Origin: an uncultured Thermoplasmata archaeon
Lineage (GTDB): Archaea; Thermoplasmatota; Thermoplasmata; UBA10834
Reading direction: 5' to 3'
DNA: 64,000 nucleotides
Assembly (NCBI GenBank): GCA_964568665.1
Contig: CAZMPY010000005.1
Span: 196,330 to 260,329 of the forward strand
Shown here: piece after piece, positions 26,301 to 34,235 of the stretch
Numbering within the stretch: the stretch's first letter is position 1
Layout of the letters: every line of letters begins with the position of its first letter
Notes under the pieces: generated by a model
Databases searched by the model: none
Told to the model about the DNA's origin: nothing
Seen by the model: only the letters and a program-made list of their open reading frames with translations
Position numbers and translations under genes: made by a program

Positions 26301-28383
26301 ACTGGGGCACCTCTGGGAACTCAATCGGGACAGTTGGCAGCGGAGCGGTCCCGAAGTCCACCTGGTCGAACAGGTAGAGCCCGGTATCACCCGGACGCAT
26401 CGCGAGTATGTCGATCATCCCGTCCCCGGTCGCATCCCCGGTCCACAGCTCCGTGAAGTCCACACCAGTGGTCTCGGACAGGGAAAGGTCCGCGGGCAGG
26501 GAGATCGGGTCCACCGACTCGGACTGCAGCAAGATATCTATGTGCAGGCTGGACCTCGTATAGGCCAGGTCGCACAGACCGTCCGAGTCGAAGTCGTCTG
26601 CCACCACGGACGTTATCGACTGGCCAGGAGTCGGCGTGATCTCGTAGGCTGCGCCGTACGGATCCGAGGCAGCCGCGTTGAAGAAGATGTCTATCTGCCC
26701 GACCTCTGTGCTTGCGACGACATCGACCAAGGAATCGCCGTTCAAGTCGCCAACGGCCATGTCCGTCACGTTCCCCCCGCATGTGAGCAGAGCGGTCTCG
26801 AACGTGGTCGGCAGGTCGGCCCTGCCATACAGCAGAGAGAGGTACGGGCTGCCGGACCTGGATATCAGCACGTCTGAGCAACCGTCACCGTTGAAATCCC
26901 TGACGAGCATATCGTCTGGACGGAATGCAAGTTCGAATTCGTTCGTCGTGCCGTTGAATGACAGGACATACCCGACGGTGTTGGAATCAGGATACAGAAG
27001 GACGAGATCCTCGTCGTCGTCCCCGTCGATGTCTCCGGCCGCAATCACGGTCGCTTCGGCGGCCCAGTTCGTCCAGGTCGTGTGATTGCTATTAGAAACG
27101 AACTCCAGCTCAGATGAATAGACGGCCAGGCTCGACCCAGTATAATCGGAACGGGCACTCGCAACACCAATCTCCAAGAAGGCATCGCCATCGAGTTGGC
27201 CTATCAACGCGTTGCTTGGGCCCGCACCAGTCGGAAACATGAAATCGCAGGTCTCAGACCAAATCGGGGAGTTGTCGTTCTGGTAGAGGCCAATTGCCCG
27301 CGAGTCGTCACGCGAAAGGACAATCAGATCCTGTCTCCCGTCCTCGGAGATGTCGCCTACGATTATCTTCGAGGGAGTCACTTCGATGGGAAGGGTGGTC
27401 TCAGCAGACGACGGAAATGGACCGGAAGACCGGAAGAAATACTGCAGGGTCGAAGGGTTCTCTGCTCCGACGACAAGGTCATCTGTAGTATCCGAGTTCA
27501 ACCTTCCGCATGCGAGCGCGGTCGGATTGCCTGTCACTTCAAGGACGGAATCAGGACTCATTCCGAGCGAGAACGACTGCTGGAACACCATCACATTCGA
27601 ATCATATTCGTTGACGACTGCGAGGTCCAGCAGCTCATCAGTCCCGAACGAACCTGAGATGAGTGACCGTGTCCCGTTGCCACAGGAAATCAAGATGAAA
27701 GTATCGTAGGCAGGCCCCTTCCGGACCTCTATCATCCCTGGCTCCGACACCGGGTTCGAGCCTGAGCATGAGAAAGCGATGTCCGGATAGATGTCCCCGG
27801 TAAGGTTGCCGACAACAAGGGCGTTCGCACCACCGTATAGTGAAAAATCAACAACTTGGCTGTACGATGTGTCAGATGTGTAGTTCAGTATCGTCAGGTG
27901 CTCGGAGTCGGAAGGACTGGCCCGTCCTTCAAGAACTGCTAACTGTGCGGCTCCTGTCGAGTAGCAGTCAATCGCGCTTACAGCCAATGGCGTCCTTGCA
28001 AGAGTGATGTTGTACGAAGGCTGGCTGGAGAAATTACCGTCCACCCTGCCATAGAACACGGATATGACCTTCGCCTCGGACACCGCCACGACAAGGTCAT
28101 CGTAACCGTCGCCGTTGATGTCCACCAGGATAGCGTCGGTAGACCCACCTGGCAACATCAGTGCGCGGGACACGACCGGGTATTCTAGCAGTCCCAGGGC
28201 CGTGTCGGAGAGGTCGGTGTAGCTGACTGATTTCGCATCCGTCGTGGGCGGGAAATCAATGCGCGATGTCTGTTCCAGATGCGCGGTCGGGTAGCTTGTT
28301 GAGTCACCAGCCCCTGCGGAGAGCGGCACGAGCATCGATGTAATGGTCAACACGGCTATGGTCGTGGCTAGCAGAAGGCGCAC
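23317..28383 (-). CDS. giant (1688 aa) surface glycoprotein: signal peptide, FG-GAP/integrin-alpha-like beta-propeller repeats, multiple PKD domains, TM helix, cytoplasmic roadblock/LC7-like domain
   Basis: GTG start and signal MRLLLATTIAVLTITSMLVPLSAGA. At least 7 repeats of the DxNGDGxxDL calcium-binding type (DINGDGYDDLVV, GDIDGDDDEDLVL, DFNGDGCSDVLI, GDLNGDSLVDVV, DDFDSDGLCDLAY, GDATGDGMIDIL). PKD motifs (WDFGDGNT...). Dozens of N-x-S/T sequons. TM FPYLLAVSVAAALGTAAYFL. C-terminal ~150 aa has a beta-alpha-beta-beta pattern (VIYNDGRMLG...KVVLIEKGEYLFLAVVL) resembling the roadblock gene at 43114. Confidence 0.8.
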   Translation of the reverse strand: MRLLLATTIAVLTITSMLVPLSAGAGDSTSYPTAHLEQTSRIDFPPTTDAKSVSYTDLSDTALGLLEYPVVSRALMLPGGSTDAILVDINGDGYDDLVVAVSEAKVISVFYGRVDGNFSSQPSYNITLARTPLAVSAIDCYSTGAAQLAVLEGRASPSDSEHLTILNYTSDTSYSQVVDFSLYGGANALVVGNLTGDIYPDIAFSCSGSNPVSEPGMIEVRKGPAYDTFILISCGNGTRSLISGSFGTDELLDLAVVNEYDSNVMVFQQSFSLGMSPDSVLEVTGNPTALACGRLNSDTTDDLVVGAENPSTLQYFFRSSGPFPSSAETTLPIEVTPSKIIVGDISEDGRQDLIVLSRDDSRAIGLYQNDNSPIWSETCDFMFPTGAGPSNALIGQLDGDAFLEIGVASARSDYTGSSLAVYSSELEFVSNSNHTTWTNWAAEATVIAAGDIDGDDDEDLVLLYPDSNTVGYVLSFNGTTNEFELAFRPDDMLVRDFNGDGCSDVLISRSGSPYLSLLYGRADLPTTFETALLTCGGNVTDMAVGDLNGDSLVDVVASTEVGQIDIFFNAAASDPYGAAYEITPTPGQSITSVVADDFDSDGLCDLAYTRSSLHIDILLQSESVDPISLPADLSLSETTGVDFTELWTGDATGDGMIDILAMRPGDTGLYLFDQVDFGTAPLPTVPIEFPEVPQYVFVIDATDRGHADVVAIFAGADLLFLYRQDAGTLPAEPSMAFVTGAYPTCAAMGDATQDHRGDLLVCDSGSHSVSAWEQINFPPVAHAGGPYSAGQGDLLTFDGSSSTGTSELPYMDYRWDFGDGNTTDWVRAPNPVHAYAVLGLYDVTVEVRDPANLTDNDTTTVEVVDSVPHVDFSWSPVNPSEGQVVTFTDATTSFDPVVELAWTIDGIPVSTGLESSVAWEFNDGMHIVTLKATDSDGSFDAVVQFIDVQALAPELILTGDESVQEGQSVNFSVEIDLLHDGPVDTIQSVEWNFSYSGGAFVADRNTGAVNYTTYEFGASGVSESYVVAVRVTDVDGDWNMSSMNVVVSDIGPEASFALSVPSPEEGVPFSFVDETYTYDGISTWLWTLTYPNATQVEYPFDGEAMASTTFEFGDGAYEMRLDVAEPDGDLGSFVMPFEVLEIAPFIDLVTLPASSLYYEFQELNLSASFESYDDVVGFEWDFSAFGGEFISDRTSQENYTHFTYDWTGNYTAKVRITDSDGSAGVQQVYIDVRDMVPTGTASLDLLVTRDDPEMTRLVTFDASSLLDRYPDITDMVWQFGDGYSEVDLGMPLAVVEHEYDPVRNCVVNLTAADDDGNTLRLSRTLYMIEPTVEMTTPGNNSVVRSGTPLRFSVGDDTIPLIYVRYSVDGSPFADFETLYELDTTGWSDGDHVIDVRAEDRDGNIAVRNGLVVVIDDTSPVVTFKAVGNTTYGGGKLNISVTIDEDNIDIHSVLLHVLLPGDDVVSPVLMTRVGDTDTYYALVEVPTRSGPLSYFLTVSDLAGNEYTSETYTVTVKLRFFDYAFPYLLAVSVAAALGTAAYFLHESSIAVDETFVIYNDGRMLGHSTRRLKPGMDDQVLSSMFVAIQDFVKDSFKDETSFTLRKLDFGEKVVLIEKGEYLFLAVVLHGKASRKVASRMKKVLDAIEGRFEIDLIDWDGDLDKVRGVNDIAKALYSKAPSLLLGLKGKAS

Positions 28384-28509
28384 GTGATTCCCATCCTGGA
28401 CACCCCAGTGGTCTTACTTTTATTTGATGCTTTCGGAAATAATACCGTGCCAGAGTCCTCAGAATCAGTGTCCAAGGCTTATATATGAACAGAGGCCTAA
28501 CAGGGTTCC

Positions 28510-29712
28510 ATGGCCGCGTCGCTGAGGATCGGCCGGGTGTTCGGGGTCCCGATCTACCTCCACTTCACGTTCCTGATCATCCTGCCGTTGTTCGTCTGGC
28601 TGTTCTCCGAGAGCGACCAGAAGATACTCTGGTTCACAGCCGGCTTCGGCGGGCTCGACGCCCCGCAGTGGGAGAAGTACGCCTTCGGCACGGCCGCCAG
28701 CGTCATCTTCTTCCTGACCATCCTGGTCCACGAGCTGGCGCACTCCTACCTGGCCCTCAGGTACGGTGTCAGGATCAAGAGCATCACCCTGATGCTCTTC
28801 GGCGGAGTCGCCGCGATGGAGGAGATGCCGAAGGAACCGCGTCAGGAACTCAAGATGGCCTTCGCGGGCCCGGCTTCGAGCCTGGCGATAGGAGGAGCGT
28901 CACTCGCGGGGATGCTGCTGATCGACTCGCTGCACGTGCACGCGGTCTTCCTCGACGGCCTCAGCATCCTGTTCGGGCTGATGGCGTTCTACAACATCCT
29001 GCTCGCGGGGTTCAACATGCTCCCGGCGTTCCCGATGGACGGTGGCCGCGTCCTCAGGGCGTACCTCGCGACGAGGATGTCGCACATCGACGCGACGAGG
29101 AAGGCGGCGAGGACCGGGAGGTTCATGGCCATCGCGATGGGCGTCTTCGGACTGCTCACCGGCAACATATGGCTCATATTCATCGCGTTCTTCGTGTACA
29201 TCGGAGCGACGGAGGAGGAGCGGGCGACGGCCATCACCGACTCGCTCGAGGGCCTCAAGGTGGCGAACATAATGGCCCATCCCGTGGAAGTTGTCCATCC
29301 GGACACGACCGTCCAGCAGCTGCTGGACCTCATGTTCGCGACCAGGCACATGGGCTTCCCCGTTACGGACGGGAGGCTCGTCGGGATCGTGACGCTCTCC
29401 GACGCCCACAGGGTGCCCAGGGACCAGGCCCAGTATGCACGCGTCGGTCACATCATGACCAGGGAGGTCGCCACGGTCGGGCCCGACACGGGCGCGGCCG
29501 AGGCGCTGAAGATCATGACCGCACGCGGGATAGGTAGGCTCGTTGTACTCGACCGGGGGAGCATCGTCGGGATCGTCACCCGAAAGGACCTCCTGAGAGC
29601 GGCCGACGTGGTCGACGCGAGGAGGCGCGGCAGGCACGCGGCCTACCCGCCGCCCCCGCCCGGTCAGCCACCCTACGCCCCGCCGCCTAGCCCGCCAGCT
29701 GCTTCCTCTTGA
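28510..29712 (+). CDS. site-2 protease (M50 family) with tandem CBS domains
   Basis: HELAHSYLA zinc motif, polytopic, ...NMLPAFPMDGGRV..., two CBS modules, Pro-rich tail. TATA-like GCTTATATATG ~30 nt upstream. Confidence 0.8.
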   Translation: MAASLRIGRVFGVPIYLHFTFLIILPLFVWLFSESDQKILWFTAGFGGLDAPQWEKYAFGTAASVIFFLTILVHELAHSYLALRYGVRIKSITLMLFGGVAAMEEMPKEPRQELKMAFAGPASSLAIGGASLAGMLLIDSLHVHAVFLDGLSILFGLMAFYNILLAGFNMLPAFPMDGGRVLRAYLATRMSHIDATRKAARTGRFMAIAMGVFGLLTGNIWLIFIAFFVYIGATEEERATAITDSLEGLKVANIMAHPVEVVHPDTTVQQLLDLMFATRHMGFPVTDGRLVGIVTLSDAHRVPRDQAQYARVGHIMTREVATVGPDTGAAEALKIMTARGIGRLVVLDRGSIVGIVTRKDLLRAADVVDARRRGRHAAYPPPPPGQPPYAPPPSPPAASS

Positions 29713-30799
29713 ACAGGTACATGCTCAGGCCGATCGCGACCGCTGCGTAGACGAGCATCACGACCGCCGCCACCGCCGGGTCCGGGTAGTAGCTGCTGAA
29801 GGACATGCCGCCCGGGAGCGTCTGCGAGGAGTCCGTCGGGTACGGGTCGCTCAGTATGTAGCTGATGACGCCCGCTGCGAACGTCAACGACCCCTGGAGC
29901 TTGGTCCCCGCGACACTGGATATCCCGTCGACTATGGGCATGATCATGACGAACAGGAAGAACGTCAGGACCGTCGCGCCCGTCGTGCCCTTCAGGACCG
30001 TGCTGATGAGATATGCCGCGGCCGTTGCCGCCAGCAGGTACAGGGCCGCGAACCCGAGGGACAGCAGGAAGTCGTCGTCCACGCCTCCAGCCGAGACCAG
30101 CGAGAGCACGCCTATCCCCGCGTAGAACAGGAAGATGACGATGCCGCCCGCGGTCATGCTCGCCGCGAACTTGCCCGCGTAGAGGACCCATCTCTTGAGA
30201 GGGTTGGGGAATATGAGATACCCTGTACGGTTCTGGAACTCGCCTACGAGGGAGTCCGCACCGAAGAACGTCGCGCATATGACCACGAGCAGGCTCGCGA
30301 ACCCGAGGAAGTTGCCCGCGAAGCTCTCGGGCGATGTCTGCCAGTCGTATGTCGCGGTGACGGTGTTGGCGCTCACGTCCTGCACGAAGAACACGACCCA
30401 GACCTTCTGGCCGCCGTACTCCACGTTGGAGACGAACCAGTTGGCCCCGTCGGCGCTCGCGTATGCCGTGCCGTTGAGGGATATCGCCACCGACGAGCTG
30501 TCTATGTTGCTCCTGTCGAGCAACGCGGCTGCGACGGGCACCGGTCCGCCGGTGCCGCCGACCTGGAACGCCCCCGCGGGGACGAGCGACAGCGTCTGGT
30601 CAGAGTCCGTGCCGCTGTACGGATGCCCGAGCGCGGGCGGTATCACATAGATGAGCGTGAGCACCAGGACCGCGATGCCTATCGATGCGAGCAGCCGCCA
30701 GGACCTGAGGTACTTGAGCAGCTCGTATCTCCAGACTATGGGTACCTGCTCGGCGTCGGAAGGGACCGTGTGCACCGCCTTCTTCTCATCAGCCATCAT
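29687..30799 (-). CDS. ABC-2 type transporter permease
   Basis: Internal Met (MMADEKKAV...) 2 nt after the ATPase stop. Six predicted TM helices with a large extracytoplasmic loop. The track N-terminal extension is antisense to the ATPase gene and is rejected. Confidence 0.7.
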   Translation of the reverse strand: MMADEKKAVHTVPSDAEQVPIVWRYELLKYLRSWRLLASIGIAVLVLTLIYVIPPALGHPYSGTDSDQTLSLVPAGAFQVGGTGGPVPVAAALLDRSNIDSSSVAISLNGTAYASADGANWFVSNVEYGGQKVWVVFFVQDVSANTVTATYDWQTSPESFAGNFLGFASLLVVICATFFGADSLVGEFQNRTGYLIFPNPLKRWVLYAGKFAASMTAGGIVIFLFYAGIGVLSLVSAGGVDDDFLLSLGFAALYLLAATAAAYLISTVLKGTTGATVLTFFLFVMIMPIVDGISSVAGTKLQGSLTFAAGVISYILSDPYPTDSSQTLPGGMSFSSYYPDPAVAAVVMLVYAAVAIGLSMYLFKRKQLAG

Positions 30800-30801
30800 G
30801 A

Positions 30802-31728
30802 TCACCTCGACTCCTTTACCAGGTCCATGTAAAGCATCTCGAGCGGCAGGCCGACGGAGCTGAACTCCGAGACCTTGGCGCCCTCCTTCTGGATGGACAA
30901 GAGCAGGTCCGCCCGCTCGTCGTACGCGCCCTCGTATGTGACGACGAATGTGCGCCCGTTCACGCGCTCCGCCCCGCGCACGCTCGCCATCGAGCGCACG
31001 CGCCCGAGCAGGGCGTCGGTCACGTCGTTGGCGGTCTTGACCTCCATCTTGACGACCTTCGTCTGGCGCTCGAGCGCGCCGATGTCGTCGTACACCAGCA
31101 GCTTGCCGTGGTCTATGAGCGCTGCCGCGTCGCAGGTCTCCTCGACCTCGCCCAGCAGGTGGGAGCTCATGAACACGGTGTAGTGCTGCCTCTTCAGGTC
31201 CTTGATGACCTCCCTGACCTCGACCATCCCCCTCGGATCCAGGCCCGAGGTGGGCTCGTCGAGTATGATGATCTCGGGCTCGTGGAGCAGCGCCTGCGCG
31301 ATCGCCACGCGCTGCTTCATCCCCTTGGAGAACTTGCCGATCCTGGTCGTGCGCCACTCGTCCATCTTGACCTGATGGAGCACCTCGTTGGTCCTGACCT
31401 TGATCTCGTCGGCGGACATGCCCCGTATCCCTCCCAGGTAGGCCAGCGTCTCGACCGGCGTCAGGAACGGATAGAACTCAGGGGTCTCGACGACGGCCCC
31501 GACGTGCCCCAGGGCGCCCTTCGGGTCCGTGAGGACGTCGATGCCGTTCAGCGTCGCCCGTCCGCTCGTCGCAGTGATGAGGCTGGTGAGTATCTTTATG
31601 GTCGTCGTCTTGCCTGCGCCGTTCGGGCCCAGGAAGCCGACGGTCGTACCCTTCTGGACCTTCAGGCTCAGGTTGTCGACCGCCTTGATCGGCCCGAAGG
31701 ACTTGGTCAGGTTCTGGATCTCTATCAT
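30802..31728 (-). CDS. ABC transporter ATP-binding protein
   Basis: GFLGPNGAGKTT Walker A, LSKGMKQRVAIAQAL signature, ILDEPTSGLD Walker B. Confidence 0.9.
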   Translation of the reverse strand: MIEIQNLTKSFGPIKAVDNLSLKVQKGTTVGFLGPNGAGKTTTIKILTSLITATSGRATLNGIDVLTDPKGALGHVGAVVETPEFYPFLTPVETLAYLGGIRGMSADEIKVRTNEVLHQVKMDEWRTTRIGKFSKGMKQRVAIAQALLHEPEIIILDEPTSGLDPRGMVEVREVIKDLKRQHYTVFMSSHLLGEVEETCDAAALIDHGKLLVYDDIGALERQTKVVKMEVKTANDVTDALLGRVRSMASVRGAERVNGRTFVVTYEGAYDERADLLLSIQKEGAKVSEFSSVGLPLEMLYMDLVKESR

Positions 31729-31815
31729 GTGCGCACCTCGCGCTCACCCGTCAAGGCCACGAGGGTGTATATAATCCGAACCGCGGATTCCCCGGATAAA
31801 ACCCTCGCCTGAAGT

Positions 31816-32086
31816 TCACTTCCCCAGGGCCCGGAACAGCTCCTTGGCCAGCGCCTCCGCATCCTCACGGACCTTGACCGGATGCATGAGCACCCGTCCG
31901 TGGGGGTACAGGGTCATCTCGGGGCCCTTCCTGACGACCAGCATGACCCCGGCGTTCGACAGTATCTCGTACCCGGCCCCGCGGAGGATGCGTTCACACT
32001 CATCCAGGTCCAGTGTGACCCTGGCCTTGGGGACCGCTTCGAACGCGTCGAACCTGCACGGCTTGACCGCGAGGAACTCCAGACGC
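31816..32086 (-). CDS. hypothetical small protein (~89 codons) with no canonical start; coding by GC3 signal
   Basis: Frame +1 relative to the kinase TGA. ...RLEFLAVKPCRFDAFEAVPKARVTLDLDECERILRGAGYEILSNAGVMLVVRKGPEMTLYPHGRVLMHPVKVREDAEALAKELFRALGK*. Strong G/C at codon position 3 throughout. The first ATG would give only 41 aa. Confidence 0.4.
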
Positions 32087-32695
32087 TCACCTCTTCCTGA
32101 GGACCTCGTCCATGAGCCCGTCGACCTCGACCTTCAGCGCCTCGACCGTCGAATCGTTCCTGACAAAGCGGTCGGCGAGCGCGATGACCTCGCCCAGGCC
32201 CCAGGCGAGCTCGCGCCGGTCCCTGGTCTCGAAGTCCTCGAGCTTCGCGGGGGAGTCGGGCCTGCCCCTGGCCTTGAGCCGCTCGAAGCGCACCTTGGGC
32301 GACGCGTGTATCGCGACCACCTTCAGGGCCTCCCCGAAAGCGTGCTTGAACGCCCTGACCTCGTCCAGACCCCTGGTCCCGTCGATGACCACGAGGTCAC
32401 CGCCGACCAACGGGATGGTCCTCTTGGCCCAGATGTCCATCCCGTACCGCTTCCGCTCCTCGTTCGCCAGGTTGCCGACGCTCGTGTCCGAGGAGTCGAG
32501 GCCGAACTCCTTGGCCTTCGCGCGGACGATGTCCCCCATCCTCACGACCTTCGCGCCTCGCGCCTGGCAGCACTTGAGGAACTCCTCTTTGCCTGAGCCG
32601 GGCATGCCTGCGGTTACCAGGATCTTCAACAGGTCCACCTGCCTGGTAGATGCGCGCCGTCGGGAAAAAACCTTTGCTGCGCTTCCCTGGGTCAT
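32087..32695 (-). CDS. UPF0200-family P-loop nucleotide kinase (adenylate/dephospho-CoA kinase-like)
   Basis: ...KILVTAGMPGSGKEEF...VVRMGDIVRAKAKEFGL... matches the archaeal UPF0200 family. ATG 32695 overlaps the upstream TGA (ATGA). TTG giving MKILVTAGMPGSGK is an alternative start. Confidence 0.65.
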   Translation of the reverse strand: MTQGSAAKVFSRRRASTRQVDLLKILVTAGMPGSGKEEFLKCCQARGAKVVRMGDIVRAKAKEFGLDSSDTSVGNLANEERKRYGMDIWAKRTIPLVGGDLVVIDGTRGLDEVRAFKHAFGEALKVVAIHASPKVRFERLKARGRPDSPAKLEDFETRDRRELAWGLGEVIALADRFVRNDSTVEALKVEVDGLMDEVLRKR

Positions 32696-33888
32696 CGTAT
32701 CGGGACGCCCGTCCCGAGCGCCGTGACGATGCACGTGCTCAGGGACTCGTGGCCCAGCCCCGCCTTCGACCAGAACCGCGGGCACAGGCCGAGGCCGAGC
32801 ACCGCGCGGTCCATGGCGTCGTCGTCGAACGACCGCATGACCTCCCCGACGAGCCTGTCAGCGGGCGGCGGCCCGAGCTCGCTCGGTGCCCCGAGCAGCC
32901 TCGAGACGGCCCCGGGGTCGACCGTGCCGGAGGCAGATGCGCAGTGTGACAGGACGGCGATCGGTTCCGCGCCCGCCCGGGCGCAGGCCGTGAGCACGTC
33001 GGTCGCGCCCCTCGCGTCCAGCCCGAACGAGAAGCACAGCCTGAGCGCGGGGATGTCGTAGTGCAGGTAGCCTGGCTCCTTCTCGACCAGGGCCATCTGC
33101 CGCGGGTCCTCCCTGACCTTGACGAATGTCCTGCACGGGTACGGGCAGCCGTAACAGCCGAGCGGCCTGTGCGTGATCGCCCTGAAATCCTCACGGTCGG
33201 CGCCCCCGAAGTACGACACGATGCCCGAGCTGGCGCCGAGCTTGGCCCTCGTCTCGGAGTGCAGCGACACGCAGGACTCGAAGTGGGCCTCGGGCTCCGA
33301 GACCGCGATCTCGCCCATGCCCTTGAACGCGACGGCGACGAGGTTCCTGCGGCCCAGCTCCGCCGCGAGGCCGGCCTTGTCCTCCCCGCCCCAGTGGTCG
33401 CACACGAGCTGGGAGCACGCCAGGCCGGCGTCCCCCCAGGGCCCTGCAGCGAGCACATGGATCCGCCTGTCGCCCTGGTCGTCCCTGACCTTGTCGGTCC
33501 TCGCCCAGGTGTCCCTGCCCTTCAGCCCGGGAGACGGGACGAACTCGGCCATGCCGTCCCTGACCCACAGGTATCCAGGCTCATCCGAGGCGCCTTTGAT
33601 CACTACGAAATCGAAACCTGAGAGCTTCAGCTCCAGGCCCGCATGGCCCAGCACCGGGGCCACGCCGCGCTCGCACCAGACGAAGCCCGCGCACGCCGCC
33701 GGCATCGGGCTCCCGGTGAGTATGCCGGAGCCCAGGACGAGGCAGCTGCCACCGTGGGCCGACGAGATGTGCCTCGCGACCTCCGTCGAGAGGCCCTTGG
33801 CGACTACGAAGGAGTTCTCGAGGGGCTCCTCGGACGACTCCCCCGACGACAGGTCGAACACGCATATCCGGCCGTTCGTCATCGGCAT
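32692..33888 (-). CDS. truncated aldehyde:ferredoxin oxidoreductase (AOR)-like protein (N-domain plus partial domain 2)
   Basis: RICVFDLSSGE..., GSGILTGSPMPAACAG, GLELKLSGFDFVVIKG, AAGPWGD, NLVAVAFKG align with the AOR N-terminal domain. PLGCYGCPYPC aligns with the AOR [4Fe-4S] Cys motif. Only 398 aa versus ~600. Confidence 0.6.
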   Translation of the reverse strand: MPMTNGRICVFDLSSGESSEEPLENSFVVAKGLSTEVARHISSAHGGSCLVLGSGILTGSPMPAACAGFVWCERGVAPVLGHAGLELKLSGFDFVVIKGASDEPGYLWVRDGMAEFVPSPGLKGRDTWARTDKVRDDQGDRRIHVLAAGPWGDAGLACSQLVCDHWGGEDKAGLAAELGRRNLVAVAFKGMGEIAVSEPEAHFESCVSLHSETRAKLGASSGIVSYFGGADREDFRAITHRPLGCYGCPYPCRTFVKVREDPRQMALVEKEPGYLHYDIPALRLCFSFGLDARGATDVLTACARAGAEPIAVLSHCASASGTVDPGAVSRLLGAPSELGPPPADRLVGEVMRSFDDDAMDRAVLGLGLCPRFWSKAGLGHESLSTCIVTALGTGVPIR

Positions 33889-33889
33889 G

Positions 33890-34159
33890 TCAGTCCACCA
33901 CCGTGATGCAACCGGTCGGGCACAGCTTCGGGCATTTCGGCTCGCCGCCGCAGAGGTCGCACGGCTCCCTGAGCAGGATCGGCTTCGCGCCCGGCCCGCC
34001 GGACCCGGGAGGCTGCTGGCCCTCGGACGCGCCCTCCGGCCTGCCCAGCACCAGCCCGTCGCCCTTTGTCTTGAGGACGAGCCCGAAGTAGTTGGCCTTG
34101 TCGTCGATGTGCAGGATGATGCTCGAGCTCATCGGGGTGATGACCGAATCCCGGCTCAA
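33890..34159 (-). CDS. ferredoxin-like protein; first Cys cluster encoded upstream of the first available start codon
   Basis: Track ORF starts at TTG 34159 (MSRDSV...CDLCGGEPKCPKLCPTGC). In-frame upstream codons to ~34228 encode PGGPLKLNIDPLLCIGCGLCEVAC, a perfect 4Fe-4S CxxCxxCxxxC motif, with no ATG/GTG/TTG. Confidence 0.55.
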   Translation of the reverse strand: MSRDSVITPMSSSIILHIDDKANYFGLVLKTKGDGLVLGRPEGASEGQQPPGSGGPGAKPILLREPCDLCGGEPKCPKLCPTGCITVVD

Positions 34160-34235
34160 GCTGCATGCGACCTCGCAGAGGCCGCATCCGATGCAGAGCA
34201 GGGGATCGATGTTGAGCTTCAGCGGACCACCCGGT

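Noticed and set aside
31844-32596. 250-aa plus ORF
   Set aside because: Antisense to the UPF0200 kinase and the small GC3-rich ORF. Ser/Arg-rich.
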